A DNA stretch of 64,000 nt, taken from Actinomycetales bacterium. Its GTDB lineage: Bacteria; Actinomycetota; Actinomycetes; Actinomycetales; CAVURS01. The notes below the pieces were generated by a model. That model did not search any database and had not been told where the DNA came from. It worked only from the letters and a program-made list of their open reading frames with translations. Where the stretch lies: positions 62,001 to 126,000 of the forward strand of contig JBJMHS010000008.1 in assembly GCA_045807245.1 (NCBI GenBank), in the 5' to 3' direction. Below are positions 1 through 11,096 of the stretch, piece after piece. Within the stretch, counting starts at the first letter, position 1; each line of letters begins with the position of its first letter. The position numbers and the translations under genes were made by a program.

Positions 1-44
1 GTCGCTGCACGGCGACCGCCCGCGACCGCTGCTGGGAGCTCCAC

Positions 45-1391
45 ATGGGTCACCGCCTGACCGTCCTGCTCACGGCCTCGGTGGTCGCCGCCTCGGGCCT
101 CGCGGTCACCGCGACGCCGGCCTTCTCGGCCGCGCCGGCCGCCGCCCGGACCGCCGCGCTGGCCGCCTCGACCGCCGGTGAGTTCACACCGGTCGGCCCC
201 AACCGCATCCTGGACACCCGCATCGGGCAGGGCCTGGTCAGCAAGATCGGTGCCGGCAGCACGCGCACCCTGCAGGTGACCGGCGCCGGTGGCGTGCCCG
301 GCGGCGGCCAGGCCGCGGCAGTGGTTTTCAACCTCACGGTGACGAACCCCAGCGCGTCGTCGTACGTCACGGTTTGGCCGACCGGCGCGAGCCGGCCGAC
401 GGCCTCGAACATCAACTTCCGCGCCGGTTGGACCGGCGCCAACCTGGTGACGGTCGGGCTCGGGACCAACGGCCAGGTGAACTTCTACAACAAGGCCGGC
501 AGCGTCGACGTCATCGGCGATGTGGTGGGCTGGTACTCGTCCGCGAGCGCTACCGGCACCGGCAACTTCCAGGTGCTCGGTACGCCGACCCGGCTCTGGG
601 ACTCGCGGCCCTCGTCCACGATCCCTGGTAACCACGTGCCGATGGCCGGTGGCGACAAGCTGACCATCCCGATCGACGTGAGCCAGGGCACGACGAGCGC
701 CAACGCGCACGTCAAAGCCGTCGTCGTGAGCCTGACTGCGGTCAACCCGGACTCCGGTGGCCACCTGACCGCGTGGTCCGGCTCAGGCAGCCCACCCACG
801 GCGTCGGTCCTGAACTACTCGGCCGGGTCCGTCGTACCCAACCTCGCCGTCGTACCGACAACGTTGTGCTGCGGCGGTTTTCCGTCGTTCACGATCCTGA
901 ACTCGTCCAACGGGCACACCAACATCCTGGTCGACCTGTGGGGCTTCTACGACGACGGCGGCCTCAGCGGCGGCCTGAAGTTCAAGTCCTTGTCGGCGCC
1001 GATCCGGATCGTGGACACGCGCACCGGACTCGGCGGCGCCAGCACGCTGGGGACCGGCTCGACCCGGCACATCCTGGCCCCGGGATCGGTGGCGGGGGCG
1101 CCGACCCAGCTGCTCGTCCAGAACGTCACCTCGATCCCCAGCGCGAACACGTACCTCACGTTCTGGCCGGCCGGGCAGAGCCGGCCCACGGTCAGCAACC
1201 TGAACCCGCGCGCCAACCACGTGGTCGCCGGCCTGGCCTACACCGGCGTCGGTGCGAGCAACGACTTCAGCTTCTACAACTACTCCGGCGCCGACGACGT
1301 GGTCGTGGACGTCGCGGGCAGCATGGAGGCGGACAGCGGCGCGGGGCCGGCCGGTGCAGGCGCGGTGGCGGTGGCACCGGTCGCGCACTAG
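45..1391 (+). CDS. Secreted protein with three tandem copies of an uncharacterised actinobacterial beta-rich repeat domain
   Basis: N-terminal signal peptide (..ATPAFSA); three repeats beginning PNRILDTR / PTRLWDSR / PIRIVDTR, each followed by NLT..YxTxWP..PT(A/V)S-N..NL-like motifs; GGGAG RBS upstream. Confidence 0.75.
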   Translation: MGHRLTVLLTASVVAASGLAVTATPAFSAAPAAARTAALAASTAGEFTPVGPNRILDTRIGQGLVSKIGAGSTRTLQVTGAGGVPGGGQAAAVVFNLTVTNPSASSYVTVWPTGASRPTASNINFRAGWTGANLVTVGLGTNGQVNFYNKAGSVDVIGDVVGWYSSASATGTGNFQVLGTPTRLWDSRPSSTIPGNHVPMAGGDKLTIPIDVSQGTTSANAHVKAVVVSLTAVNPDSGGHLTAWSGSGSPPTASVLNYSAGSVVPNLAVVPTTLCCGGFPSFTILNSSNGHTNILVDLWGFYDDGGLSGGLKFKSLSAPIRIVDTRTGLGGASTLGTGSTRHILAPGSVAGAPTQLLVQNVTSIPSANTYLTFWPAGQSRPTVSNLNPRANHVVAGLAYTGVGASNDFSFYNYSGADDVVVDVAGSMEADSGAGPAGAGAVAVAPVAH

Positions 1392-1460
1392 AGGTCGGCG
1401 GCAGCGCAGACGGAGATCAGAACCAGCCGATCCCGGGCTCAGACCCGGCCGAGGCCCGGC

Positions 1461-3119
1461 TCAGATCCAGCTGGGGAACCACATCCGCCGCGCCCAGTCG
1501 GCGTACGGGATCACCTGGGCCGTGTAGATCGGCCAGTAGAAGAAGAACAGCACCACGGTCAGCACCAGGTAGGCGCCGACGGCGGTCCCGGCCCAGAGCC
1601 GGCGTCGCGACGAGGCGCCAGGGGGGCCGAGGGCGAGCCCGATCACGTACACGACGGCCAGGACGATCCACGGCGCGAACGCGACCGAGTAGAACGTGAA
1701 GATCGTCCGGTGCTCGTACTGGAACCAGGGGACGTAGCCGGCCAGCAGTCCGGACAGTACGGCGCCCGCTCGCCAGTCCCGCCGCAGCGCCCACATGAAG
1801 AGCAGCACGAGCAGGGCCAGGGTGGCGCCCCACCAGATCGACGGCGTGCCCAGCGAGGTGATCGCCTTGGAGCACTGCGCGACGGTGCAGCCGTCCTGCC
1901 CCTTGGTCGGCGACTCGTAGAAGAACGACGTCGGCCGGCCCTGGATGAGCCAGCTCCACGGGTTCGCGCGGTACACGTGGAACGAGTCCAGGTGCGTGTG
2001 GAACTGGTACATCCACTGGTGGTACTGCCACAGCGAGCGCAACGAGTCGGGGATGAAGCCGAAGTCCTTCGACGGATGGCTGGCCCCCCACTGCCGGTCG
2101 TACCCGTTGGTGCTGTGGAACCACCCCGCCCAGGAGGCGACGTACACGGCGAGCGCGACCGGCACGGTCGACAGGAAACCGGGGATGCCGTCGCGGACGA
2201 TCCCGGCCCGCACCCAGTCCCGCACGCCGACGGCCCGGCGGGCGCCGATGTCCCACAGCAGCGACATGATCGCGAAGACGGCGAGGAAGTAGACGCCCGA
2301 CCATTTCGTGCCACAGCACAGGCCGAGACAGACGCCGGCCAGCAACCGGTACGGGCGCAGGCCCAGGCCCGGCCCGAACCCTTGCGGCCGTAGGGAGCCG
2401 GTCCCCGTATGCCTGCGGTCACCCGTCTCGCCGGCGGCGCTGTTGACGACTCCGACGGCGAGCTTGGCCCGCGCGCGGTCGCGGTCGATGAGGATCAGAC
2501 CGAACGCCGCGAGCGCCCAGAACATGACGAAGATGTCGAGCAGGCCGGTGCGGCTGTGCACGAACTCCTCGCCGTCCACGGCCAGGAGCAGGGCCGCGAT
2601 GCTGCCGAGCATCGAGGAGCTGAACAGCCGCCGGGCGATCCGGCCGATCATGAGGATCGACAGCGTGCCGACGACCGCGCTCGCGAAGCGCCAGCCGAAC
2701 GAGCTGTCGATGCCGAACAGCCACTCGCCGAACCCGATCATCCACTTGCCGACGGGAGGGTGGACCACCGAGTCGCCGTACGTCGTGAAGACGTCGGGGG
2801 TGCCCCGGGTGAACAGGTCGTCGGGTGTCTTGAGGTTCGGCATGTTGGCGTGCTCGATGCCGTAGTGCCAGATCGAGTAGCCCTGCTTGACGTAGTAGGT
2901 CTCGTCGAACACGAGCTGGTGCGGACGGCCGAGGTGCCGGAACCGCATGAAGCCGCCGAGCGCCGCGATGACCACCGGGCCGAGCCAGCCCCAGAGCCGG
3001 TCGCTGGGCCGGAAGCCGAGCAGCCGGGCCTTGAGGTGGTCCAGCTGGTGCACCCGGGCCTGGGGGAGAGGGTCCTCCGGGGGCGGAGCGCTCGGCCGCT
3101 CGGCCACCGTGGTCGTCAC
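1461..3119 (-). CDS. pmt: Polyprenyl-phosphate-mannose:protein O-mannosyltransferase (GT39)
   Basis: [27 protein letters not shown] and KWSG motifs; many TM segments; C-terminal WFPSWI; GTG start at 3119 lies 6 nt after a TACCAT -10. Confidence 0.93.
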   Translation of the reverse strand: MTTTVAERPSAPPPEDPLPQARVHQLDHLKARLLGFRPSDRLWGWLGPVVIAALGGFMRFRHLGRPHQLVFDETYYVKQGYSIWHYGIEHANMPNLKTPDDLFTRGTPDVFTTYGDSVVHPPVGKWMIGFGEWLFGIDSSFGWRFASAVVGTLSILMIGRIARRLFSSSMLGSIAALLLAVDGEEFVHSRTGLLDIFVMFWALAAFGLILIDRDRARAKLAVGVVNSAAGETGDRRHTGTGSLRPQGFGPGLGLRPYRLLAGVCLGLCCGTKWSGVYFLAVFAIMSLLWDIGARRAVGVRDWVRAGIVRDGIPGFLSTVPVALAVYVASWAGWFHSTNGYDRQWGASHPSKDFGFIPDSLRSLWQYHQWMYQFHTHLDSFHVYRANPWSWLIQGRPTSFFYESPTKGQDGCTVAQCSKAITSLGTPSIWWGATLALLVLLFMWALRRDWRAGAVLSGLLAGYVPWFQYEHRTIFTFYSVAFAPWIVLAVVYVIGLALGPPGASSRRRLWAGTAVGAYLVLTVVLFFFYWPIYTAQVIPYADWARRMWFPSWI

Positions 3120-3156
3120 GCGTGCATGGTACGGACCGGGGCTTAGGGTCGTGCGC

Positions 3157-4044
3157 GTGGACTTGGAACCGGCGTCGAGGGTCAGAGGCACCGACGGGGC
3201 GGGTAACGACGGCGTCCTGGTCCTCGCCGGTACGCCCATCGGCAACCCGGAGGACGCACCACCACGCTTGGTTGCGGAGCTGGCCAAGGCGGATCTCGTT
3301 GCGGCAGAGGACACCCGGCGGCTCTCGCGGTTGGCTGCGGCACTCGACGTACGTATCCCGGGCCGGGTGCTCAGCTATCACGAGCACAACGAGGCCGAGC
3401 GCACCCCGGAGCTGGTGGAAGCGGTGCGGTCCGGGTCACGGGTCCTGCTCGTCACGGATGCCGGCATGCCGTCGGTCTCCGACCCCGGGTTCCGGCTGGT
3501 GACGGCCGTTGCGGCAGCCGGACTGCACGTGACCGCCGTACCCGGGCCGAGCGCCGTACTCACCGCACTGGCACTGTCCGGGCTGCCGGTCGACCGGTTC
3601 TGTTTCGAGGGGTTCCTGCCGCGCAAGGCCGGCGAGCGCGGCCGGGCCCTCGCGGTCCTCCAGTCCGAGCGCCGGACCATGGTGTTCTTCGAGGCGCCGC
3701 ACCGGCTGGCGGCGGCGTTGAGCGCGATGGCCGAGGCGTTCGGGCCCGACCGCGCCGCGGCGGTGTGCCGGGAGCTGACCAAGACCTACGAGGAGGTACG
3801 CCGCGGCCCGCTGGCCGAGCTGGCCGAGTGGGCGGCCGGTGAGGTCCGCGGCGAGATCACCGTCGTCGTCGCCGGTGCGGAGCCGCGGCCGGTCGACCTC
3901 GCCGCGGCTGTGCACGAGGTCGAGGGCCTCGTCGTCGGCGGCGTCCGGCTCAAGGACGCGGTGGCCCAGGTCGGGGCCCAGTCCGGGCTGGGCAAGAAGC
4001 AGCTGTACGACGCGGTGCTGGCCACTCGCGACCAACCGGTTTGA
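3157..4044 (+). CDS. rsmI: 16S rRNA (cytidine1402-2'-O)-methyltransferase
   Basis: [40 protein letters not shown] motifs; start set at GTG 7 nt after TAGGGT (ORF track extends it to 2947). Confidence 0.95.
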   Translation: MDLEPASRVRGTDGAGNDGVLVLAGTPIGNPEDAPPRLVAELAKADLVAAEDTRRLSRLAAALDVRIPGRVLSYHEHNEAERTPELVEAVRSGSRVLLVTDAGMPSVSDPGFRLVTAVAAAGLHVTAVPGPSAVLTALALSGLPVDRFCFEGFLPRKAGERGRALAVLQSERRTMVFFEAPHRLAAALSAMAEAFGPDRAAAVCRELTKTYEEVRRGPLAELAEWAAGEVRGEITVVVAGAEPRPVDLAAAVHEVEGLVVGGVRLKDAVAQVGAQSGLGKKQLYDAVLATRDQPV

Positions 4045-4071
4045 CCTCAACGGCACTCGAGGTTGCAGGCT
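4041..4071 (+). promoter_or_regulatory. MerR/SoxR-type promoter with SoxR-like operator in a 19-bp spacer
   Basis: TTGACC (4041-4046), 19 nt, CAGGCT (4066-4071); dyad ACCTCAA-CGGCAC-TCGAGGT (4044-4063) resembles the SoxR box CCTCAA-N6-TTGAGG. Confidence 0.75.
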
Positions 4072-4077
4072 GACCCC

Positions 4078-4500
4078 ATGACTGACGTCTTCACGCCGGC
4101 CGAGCTCGACTACCTGCGCGGTCAGCGGCTGGCCCGGCTCGCGACCTTGGCGCCCGACGGGACGCTGCAGAACAACCCGGTCGCCTTCTTCGTCCACGCG
4201 AGTGCCGGCACGGTGGACATCGGGGGGGCCCGGCTGCTGCGGACGCGCAAGTTCCGCAACGTCCAGAGCCATCCGCAGGTGGCACTGGTCATCGACGACC
4301 TCGAGAGCATCGACCCGTGGCGGCCGCGCTGCCTGGAGATCCGCGGCCGGGCCGAGGCGCTGCCCGACGTGGAACCGCCCGCACCGGGCTTCGGCCCCGG
4401 CGTCATCCGAGTCCATCCGGAGGTCGTGTTCTCGTTCGGCATCGAGCCGGACGCCCCCCGGACGACCAAGCGCGTCATCGCACCGGCCAACAAGGCCTGA
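4078..4500 (+). CDS. PPOX-class (pyridoxamine 5'-phosphate oxidase-like) probable F420-dependent oxidoreductase
   Basis: LARLATL.PDG, KFRNV..HPQVALVIDD and LEIRGRAE split-barrel motifs; leaderless ATG at 4078. Confidence 0.8.
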   Translation: MTDVFTPAELDYLRGQRLARLATLAPDGTLQNNPVAFFVHASAGTVDIGGARLLRTRKFRNVQSHPQVALVIDDLESIDPWRPRCLEIRGRAEALPDVEPPAPGFGPGVIRVHPEVVFSFGIEPDAPRTTKRVIAPANKA

Positions 4501-4545
4501 GGCCCACGGGTCCCGTCCTGCTGACCGGTCGTTAGGCTCGGCGAG

Positions 4546-5721
4546 GTGGAGTTCCGTCGCATCCCCGGCCTGCCGCCGTACGTCTTCACGATCATCGACT
4601 CGCTGAAGATCGAGGCTCGGCGAGCCGGGCGCGACGTCGTCGACCTGGGTTTCGGCAACCCGGACATCCCGTCGCCGGACATCGCGGTGGACAAGCTGGC
4701 CGAGGCGGCGCACAACGCGCGCAACCACCGCTACTCGGCCAGCCGGGGCATCCCGAAGCTGCGGCAGGCCGCCGCCGAGCTCTACCGTCGGCGGTTCGGC
4801 GTCGTGCTCGACCCGGACTCCGAGGTCATCTCCACCATCGGTGCGAAGGAGGGCTTCAGCCACCTGATGTGGGTGCTGCTGCAGCCCGGTGACGCCGCCC
4901 TGGTGCCGAGCCCGAGCTACCCCATCCACATCTGGGGGCCGTACTTCGCGGGCGCCGACGCGCGCCAGGTGGCGATCGGCGCGGGCCAGGACTACATCGC
5001 CAACGTCATGAACACCTACGACATGGGCTGGCCGCGACCGCGTGTGGTCGTGTTGTCGTTCCCGCACAACCCCACGACGGCCACGGTCGAGCTCGCCGAC
5101 CTGCAGCGGCTCGTTGACTGGGCCCGGGAGCGCGACGTCGTCCTGGTCCACGACTTCGCCTACGCCGAGACGGCGTTCGACGGGTGGATGCCGCCGTCGA
5201 TCCTGCAGTGCGAAGGCGCGAAAGACGTTGCGGTCGAGCTCTACTCGATGACCAAGTCGTTCTCCATGGCCGGCTGGCGGGTCGCCTTCCTGGCCGGCAA
5301 CCGCGAGGTCGTCGGCGCCCTGGCCAAGCTCAAGAGCTACCTCGACTACGGCACCTTCCAGCCCGTGCAGATCGCGGCCACCGTGACCCTCAACGAGGCG
5401 ATCGACTACCCGCGCGAGGTCAACGCGATCTACGAGTCGCGGCGCAACGCTCTGTGCGACGGCCTGGACCGGATCGGGTGGGACATCCCCCGGCCACGAG
5501 GGACGATGTTCGCCTGGGCACCGATCCCGGAGGCGTACGCCGAGCTCGGCTCGATCGAGTTCGCCAAGCTGGTCATCAACGAGTGCGACGTCGCGGTCTC
5601 ACCCGGCGTGGGGTTCGGCCCGGCCGGCGACGACTACGTGCGGTTCGCCCTGATCGAGAACGAGCAGCGGATCGGCCAGGCCGTCCGCCAGCTCAAGCGC
5701 GGCCTGGCCAAGCTCGGCTGA
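4546..5721 (+). CDS. PLP-dependent aminotransferase class I/II (AlaC/DapL-like)
   Basis: [37 protein letters not shown] (PLP lysine), PGVGFG. Confidence 0.9.
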   Translation: MEFRRIPGLPPYVFTIIDSLKIEARRAGRDVVDLGFGNPDIPSPDIAVDKLAEAAHNARNHRYSASRGIPKLRQAAAELYRRRFGVVLDPDSEVISTIGAKEGFSHLMWVLLQPGDAALVPSPSYPIHIWGPYFAGADARQVAIGAGQDYIANVMNTYDMGWPRPRVVVLSFPHNPTTATVELADLQRLVDWARERDVVLVHDFAYAETAFDGWMPPSILQCEGAKDVAVELYSMTKSFSMAGWRVAFLAGNREVVGALAKLKSYLDYGTFQPVQIAATVTLNEAIDYPREVNAIYESRRNALCDGLDRIGWDIPRPRGTMFAWAPIPEAYAELGSIEFAKLVINECDVAVSPGVGFGPAGDDYVRFALIENEQRIGQAVRQLKRGLAKLG

Positions 5722-5798
5722 GTCCGGCCCAAGGGGCGCCGCCGCGGCCGGCGTTCGCACCGGCAAACCCGTTGCCGGCGCTCACTAGGCTGAACGGC

Positions 5799-7604
5799 AT
5801 GACGCATGTGCTGTCCGCCGTCGCCTGGCCGTACGCCAACGGCCCGCGCCACATCGGCCATGTCGCCGGGTTCGGCGTGCCCTCCGACGTGTTCAGCCGG
5901 TACATGCGCATGGCGGGCCACGACGTCCTCATGGTCAGCGGCACGGACGAGCACGGCACCCCGATCCTGGTCCAGGCCGAGCAGGAGGGCGTCACGCCGC
6001 GCGAGCTGGCCGACCGGTACAACCGGCTGATCGTCGAGGACCTGCACGCCCTGGGCCTGTCCTACGACCTGTTCACCCGGACGACCACGCGCAACCACTA
6101 CGCCGTGGCCCAGGAGCTGTTCCTCACGCTGCACCGCAACGGGTACATGGTCGAGCAGACGACGAAGGGCGCGATCAGCCCGTCGACCGGCCGGACCCTG
6201 CCGGACCGTTACATCGAGGGCATCTGCCCGATCTGCGGCTACCCGCACGCCCGTGGCGACCAGTGCGACAACTGCGGCAACCAGCTCGACGCCACCGACC
6301 TGATCGACCCGCACAGCCGGATCAACGGCGAGGTGCCGCAGTTCGTGGAGACCGAGCATTTCTTCCTGGACCTGCCGGCCTTGGCCGAGGCGCTGGGCGA
6401 GTGGCTGCACGCCAAGGAGGCCGAGGGCCTGTGGCGTCCGAACGTCCTGAAGTTCAGCCTCAACCTGCTCGATGACCTGCGCCCGCGCGCGATGACCCGG
6501 GACATCGACTGGGGCATCCCGGTGCCGTTGCCGGGCTGGCAGGAGAACCCGAACAAGCGGCTCTACGTCTGGTTCGACGCCGTCATCGGCTACCTGTCCG
6601 CGGCGATCGAGTGGGCTCGGCGCAGTGACGACCCCGAGGCCTGGCAGAAGTGGTGGAACGACCCGGAGGCCGCGTCGTACTACTTCATGGGTAAGGACAA
6701 CATCACCTTCCACGCCCAGATCTGGCCGGCCGAGCTGCTGGGGTACGACGGGCAGGGTGCGCGGGGCGGTACGCCGGGCCGGTACGGCGAGCTGGTCCTG
6801 CCCACCGAGGTCGTGTCGTCGGAGTTCCTGACCATGGAGGGGCGCCAGTTCTCCTCCAGCCGCGGCGTGGTCATCTACGTGCGAGACGTCCTCGCGCGGT
6901 ACCAGGCCGATGCCCTGCGCTACTTCATCTCGGCCGCCGGCCCGGAGAACCAGGACACCGACTTCACCTGGGCCGAGTTCGTCCGGCGGACCAACGACGA
7001 GCTGGTCGCGGGCTGGGGCAACCTGGTCAACCGCACCGCCAACCTGATCCACAAGAACCTGGGCGCGATCCCGGAGGCCGGCGAGCTGACGGCCGACGAC
7101 CGGGCGATGCTGGCGGCCGGACAGGAAGCCTTCGCGACCGTCGGCAGCCTGATCGAGCGGCACCGGCAGAAGCAGGCTCTGGGTGAGGCCATGCGGTTCG
7201 TCGGCGAGGCGAACAAGTACCTCTCCGACCAGGCACCGTGGAAGCTCAAGGAGAGCGACCCCGACCGCATGGCGAGCGTGCTTCATGTTGCGGCACAAGC
7301 GGTTTCGGACGCCCGCACCCTGTTGTCACCGTTCCTACCGTTCAGCGCACAGCGGGTGCACGAGGTCATGGGCGGCACGGGGGTCGTCTCGCCGATGCCC
7401 GAGATCCGCGAGGTCGACGACCTGGACGGCGGCCCGTCGTACCCGGTCCTGATGGGTGACTACTCCGGCTTCCCGGCGTGGGCGTCGACGCCGGTCGTGC
7501 CCGGTACGCCGGTCCCGGCGCCCACCCCCGTGTTCACCAAGCTGGACGCCGACGCGGTCGTCCACGACGAGCTGGCCCGGATGCAGCAGACGGCGAGCTC
7601 GTGA
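5799..7604 (+). CDS. metG: Methionyl-tRNA synthetase
   Basis: [13 protein letters not shown] (HIGH), GTDEHG, Zn knuckle CPIC..CDNC, YVWFDA, QFSSS (KMSKS-like); ATG 7 nt after TAGGCT. Confidence 0.97.
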   Translation: MTHVLSAVAWPYANGPRHIGHVAGFGVPSDVFSRYMRMAGHDVLMVSGTDEHGTPILVQAEQEGVTPRELADRYNRLIVEDLHALGLSYDLFTRTTTRNHYAVAQELFLTLHRNGYMVEQTTKGAISPSTGRTLPDRYIEGICPICGYPHARGDQCDNCGNQLDATDLIDPHSRINGEVPQFVETEHFFLDLPALAEALGEWLHAKEAEGLWRPNVLKFSLNLLDDLRPRAMTRDIDWGIPVPLPGWQENPNKRLYVWFDAVIGYLSAAIEWARRSDDPEAWQKWWNDPEAASYYFMGKDNITFHAQIWPAELLGYDGQGARGGTPGRYGELVLPTEVVSSEFLTMEGRQFSSSRGVVIYVRDVLARYQADALRYFISAAGPENQDTDFTWAEFVRRTNDELVAGWGNLVNRTANLIHKNLGAIPEAGELTADDRAMLAAGQEAFATVGSLIERHRQKQALGEAMRFVGEANKYLSDQAPWKLKESDPDRMASVLHVAAQAVSDARTLLSPFLPFSAQRVHEVMGGTGVVSPMPEIREVDDLDGGPSYPVLMGDYSGFPAWASTPVVPGTPVPAPTPVFTKLDADAVVHDELARMQQTASS

Positions 7605-8440
7605 GCTGGCCGCCCGCTCCGGAACCGCTGCCGCTGCCCGTCGTCGACGACCACTGCCACCTCGACATCCCCGCCGCCAGTCGCGACGAGGCGGTCGAGG
7701 AGCGCAGCCTGGCTGACGCCTTGGCTGCGGCTGCCGCGGTGAACGTGCCCCGCGCCGTCCAGGTCGGCTATGACCTGGCGAGCTCGCGGTGGTCGGTCGA
7801 GGCGGCAGCGTCGCATCCCCAGCTGCTCGCTGCCGTGGCCCTGCACCCGAACGAGGCACCCCGGCTCGCGGCCTCGGGCCGGCTGGACGAGCACTTCGCC
7901 GGCATCGAGCAGCTGGTGGGGCACGAACGGGTACGGGCGATAGGCGAGACCGGCCTGGACACCTTCCGCACCGGTCCCGACGGCGCAGCGGCGCAGGAGG
8001 AGTCGTTCCGCCGCCACATCGACCTGGCCAAGCGCAGCCGTAAGGCGCTACAGATCCACGACCGCGACGCCCACGCGGACGTGCTGCGGATCCTGGCCGA
8101 GGAGGGCGCGCCCGAACGCACGGTGCTGCATTGCTTCAGCGGGGACGCCGAGATGGCTGGCGAGTGCGTACGTCGCGGGTACGTCCTGTCGATCGCCGGA
8201 ACGGTCACCTTCAACAACGCCGGTGCACTGCGGGCCGCGGTCGAGGTGACGCCCATCGACCTGCTGCAGGTCGAGACCGATGCGCCGTACCTGACCCCGG
8301 TCCCATACCGGGGGCGGCCGAACGCCGGCTATCTGGTGCCGCTGACCGTTCGCGCGATCGCCGAGATCAAGGGCTGTGACCTCGACCAGCTCTGTACGAC
8401 GCTCGCGGCCACCGCCGAGCGGTTGTACGGACCGTGGTAG
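7601..8440 (+). CDS. tatD: TatD-family deoxyribonuclease
   Basis: [37 protein letters not shown] overlap with the metG stop. Confidence 0.93.
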   Translation: MSWPPAPEPLPLPVVDDHCHLDIPAASRDEAVEERSLADALAAAAAVNVPRAVQVGYDLASSRWSVEAAASHPQLLAAVALHPNEAPRLAASGRLDEHFAGIEQLVGHERVRAIGETGLDTFRTGPDGAAAQEESFRRHIDLAKRSRKALQIHDRDAHADVLRILAEEGAPERTVLHCFSGDAEMAGECVRRGYVLSIAGTVTFNNAGALRAAVEVTPIDLLQVETDAPYLTPVPYRGRPNAGYLVPLTVRAIAEIKGCDLDQLCTTLAATAERLYGPW

Positions 8441-8655
8441 CCCACGTGCGCCCCGGCGCGGTTGCTCCGAACGAGTGAGACATTCCGGGCAAGGTCACGA
8501 AAAGATTTCGGGCCGCACTCAGGGTGATAACGCCCGGGCTGACCTGCATCGTTGCGTCCGCAACGTCTGGCTCCGACCTCGCACGCACCGCGCGATCAGT
8601 ACATCGGTGATCTTTCGGACTTGACGGTCCGCGGACCGGTCCGGCTACGGTTGCG

Positions 8656-8834
8656 GTCGTTGGCCGGGGTTGGGGAAGACTCCGGGCGACGCGCACGGGG
8701 GTGCGTGCGGCGGCAGACCGGCCACGACAAGCGGTCCGCTCGCAGATCGCGCCCCTTCTTGCTGTCCAGTGCGCCCAGGGACCTGCCGAACAACGCAGGA
8801 TGCAGTCCAGGCGCACGGCGACGACAGGGGCGCG
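8656..8834 (+). promoter_or_regulatory. Structured 5' leader of rpfB (candidate cis-regulatory RNA)
   Basis: Follows a TTGACG (8621)...TACGGT (8646) promoter-like pair; several nested helices, detailed in findings. Confidence 0.5.
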
Positions 8835-8879
8835 TCTCCCAGAGGTCCCATGCCCGGGAGGACCGAGCACTGGAGCACT

Positions 8880-10145
8880 GTGCTTCTAGCCCGTACGACC
8901 CCACCTCGCCGTGGTGGTCGCATCGTCGGTCGCGTGCGGCCCGCTCTGAGCGGCGTTGCCGCGCGGGGCAGCACCCACATCCCGGTCCCGCCGCGGGGCT
9001 TCCTGCGCGGACTGGGTGGGCGTCGGCCGGTCCGGCTCGCGGTTCAGGGCGGTGCGTTGCTCGGCGTCGTCGCCGGCACGGTCGCGTTCACCAGCTTCGA
9101 CAAGTCGGTGGTCCTGACCGTCGACGGGCACACGTCGTCGGTGCACGCCTTCGGCACCTCGGTCCACGACGTCCTCGCGGACAAGGGGATCACCGTCGGC
9201 CCGCACGACCTGGTCAGTCCCTCGCCCTCGGCTCGGGTCCAGGACGGCGAGCATCTCGTCGTACGGTTCGGCCGGCCGCTCACCATCGACCTGGACGGCC
9301 AGCGCCGGCTGTACTGGACCACTGCGCTGACCGTCGACCAGGCGCTCGCCCAGCTCGGCCTGCGCGACGTCGACGGAGCCCTGTCCGTCTCGCGGGACGC
9401 CTCCCTGGGCCGGCGCGGGCTGTCCCTGTCCTTGACCACCCCGAAGGAGGTCGTCGTCACCGTCGACGGCCGCCGCGTCGAGCAGGTGACCACCGCCGCG
9501 ACGGTCGGCGTCCTGCTGCAGCAGCTCGGCATCACGCTCGGCCCTGAGGACACCGTGTCGGTGCCACTCAGCGCGCCGCTCGAGCCCGGCCTGGCCCTGG
9601 CCGTCACCCGGATCGTGACCGACCGCCAGATCGTGACGCGGCGGATCAAGATGCCGGTGACCTCCAAGGGCCTGTCGTCGCTGGCCAAGGGCAAGGTCCG
9701 CATCGTGCACAAGGGCCATCCAGGCACCCAGCTCGTGACCTACGAGCTGATCTACGAGAACGGCAGGCTCGTCTCCAAGGACGCGATCCTCGTCATCATC
9801 GTCAAGCCCGCGGTGCGGCAGACGCAGCGGGTGGGCACCAAGTCCGCGGCGACCGGCACGGCCGGCACGACGGGCGCGTCCGGCGACCCCGGGACACCGG
9901 GCGGCGGCGCCGCCAGCCTCAACTGGGCCGCGCTGGCCCAGTGCGAGTCCGGTGGCAACCCGCGCGCGGTGAACCCGAACGGCTACTACGGGCTGTACCA
10001 GTTCTCGCTGTCGACCTGGCACAGCGTGGGCGGCACGGGCAACCCGATCGACGCCTCCTCGGCCGAGCAGACGCACCGCGCGATGATCTTGTACAACAAG
10101 GCGGGCGCCGGTCAGTGGACCTGCGGCAGCCACCTGTTCGACTGA
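8880..10145 (+). CDS. rpfB: Resuscitation-promoting factor RpfB-like (TM anchor, 3x DUF348, G5, Rpf transglycosylase domain)
   Basis: Three VxLTVDG-type repeats, G5-like segment, [23 protein letters not shown] catalytic domain; position between tatD and rsmA; start uncertain (GGAG-N4-GTG at 8880). Confidence 0.88.
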   Translation: MLLARTTPPRRGGRIVGRVRPALSGVAARGSTHIPVPPRGFLRGLGGRRPVRLAVQGGALLGVVAGTVAFTSFDKSVVLTVDGHTSSVHAFGTSVHDVLADKGITVGPHDLVSPSPSARVQDGEHLVVRFGRPLTIDLDGQRRLYWTTALTVDQALAQLGLRDVDGALSVSRDASLGRRGLSLSLTTPKEVVVTVDGRRVEQVTTAATVGVLLQQLGITLGPEDTVSVPLSAPLEPGLALAVTRIVTDRQIVTRRIKMPVTSKGLSSLAKGKVRIVHKGHPGTQLVTYELIYENGRLVSKDAILVIIVKPAVRQTQRVGTKSAATGTAGTTGASGDPGTPGGGAASLNWAALAQCESGGNPRAVNPNGYYGLYQFSLSTWHSVGGTGNPIDASSAEQTHRAMILYNKAGAGQWTCGSHLFD

Positions 10146-10164
10146 CCCGCCTACTGTTCGGACG

Positions 10165-11061
10165 GTGGACGACGGCCTGCTCGGACCCGCCGAGATCCGG
10201 TCGCTGGCCGGGCGGCTCGGCATCCGGCCGACCAAGGCGCTGGGCCAGAACTTCGTCATCGACCCCAACACCGTGCGCCGCATCGTGCGGCTCGCCGACA
10301 TCGGCCCGGACGATGTCGTCCTCGAGGTGGGGCCCGGTCTCGGGTCGTTGACCCTCGGCCTGCTCGAGGCGGCCGGCCGGGTCGTGGCCGTCGAGCTCGA
10401 CCCGGTCCTCGCGGCCGAGCTGCCGCGCACGGTCGCTGCCCGGCGCCCCGACCTGGCGGACCAGCCCGACGGCCCGATGCCGGCCGGGCACCTCACGGTC
10501 CTGCACCAGGACGCGCTGACCCTGACCGCCGTGCCGGGTCCGCCGCCCACAGCCCTGGTCGCGAACCTGCCGTACAACGTCGCCGTACCGGTCGTGCTGA
10601 CCGCGCTCGAGACGTTCCCGAGCCTGCGGCGAGGCCTGGTCATGGTCCAGGCCGAGGTGGCCGAGCGGCTGGCGGCCCAGCCGGGCTCGCGCGCGTACGG
10701 CATCCCGAGCGTCAAGGCCGCGTGGTACGCCGACGTGCACCGGGCCGGGGCGGTGAGCCGGTCGGTCTTCTGGCCGGTCCCCAACGTCGACAGCGGCCTC
10801 GTCGCCCTGATCCGGCGGGACCCGCCGCCGGCGGCCGCCGGACGCGTCGCGGTCTTCGCATGCGTCGACGCGGCCTTCGCCCAGCGCCGCAAGATGCTGC
10901 GGTCGGCCCTGGCCGGCTGGGCGGGCTCGGCTGCGGCCGCTCAGGCTGCGCTGGACGCTGCCGGCGTGGACGGGACGCTGCGCGGTGAACAGCTGACCGT
11001 GCAGGACTTCGCGGCCATCGCCGACGCGCGGCTGGAGCAGACGGCGAGCGCTCCCTCCTAG
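10165..11061 (+). CDS. rsmA: 16S rRNA adenine dimethyltransferase (KsgA)
   Basis: [37 protein letters not shown]. Confidence 0.96.
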   Translation: MDDGLLGPAEIRSLAGRLGIRPTKALGQNFVIDPNTVRRIVRLADIGPDDVVLEVGPGLGSLTLGLLEAAGRVVAVELDPVLAAELPRTVAARRPDLADQPDGPMPAGHLTVLHQDALTLTAVPGPPPTALVANLPYNVAVPVVLTALETFPSLRRGLVMVQAEVAERLAAQPGSRAYGIPSVKAAWYADVHRAGAVSRSVFWPVPNVDSGLVALIRRDPPPAAAGRVAVFACVDAAFAQRRKMLRSALAGWAGSAAAAQAALDAAGVDGTLRGEQLTVQDFAAIADARLEQTASAPS

Positions 11062-11089
11062 CGCTCCGTTCTAGCGCCCCCTCCTAGGG
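11051..11089. repeat. Three imperfect 13-bp tandem units between rsmA and ispE
   Basis: CTCCCTCCTAGCG / CTCCGTTCTAGCG / CCCCCTCCTAGGG. Confidence 0.7.
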
Positions 11090-11096
11090 TGAGCGC

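Noticed and set aside
5184..5798. N-terminal extensions of MetG (806 aa); likewise TetR (423 aa), DesA (508 aa), RsmI and MazG (593 aa) in the ORF track
   Set aside because: Extensions overlap upstream genes; family motifs and promoter, RBS or overlap signals indicate later starts
8441..8880. c-di-AMP (ydaO) riboswitch, often found before rpf genes
   Set aside because: I could not find its conserved GCUGAAUCC / CCGUCAGCUAAC-type segments; the leader is structured differently
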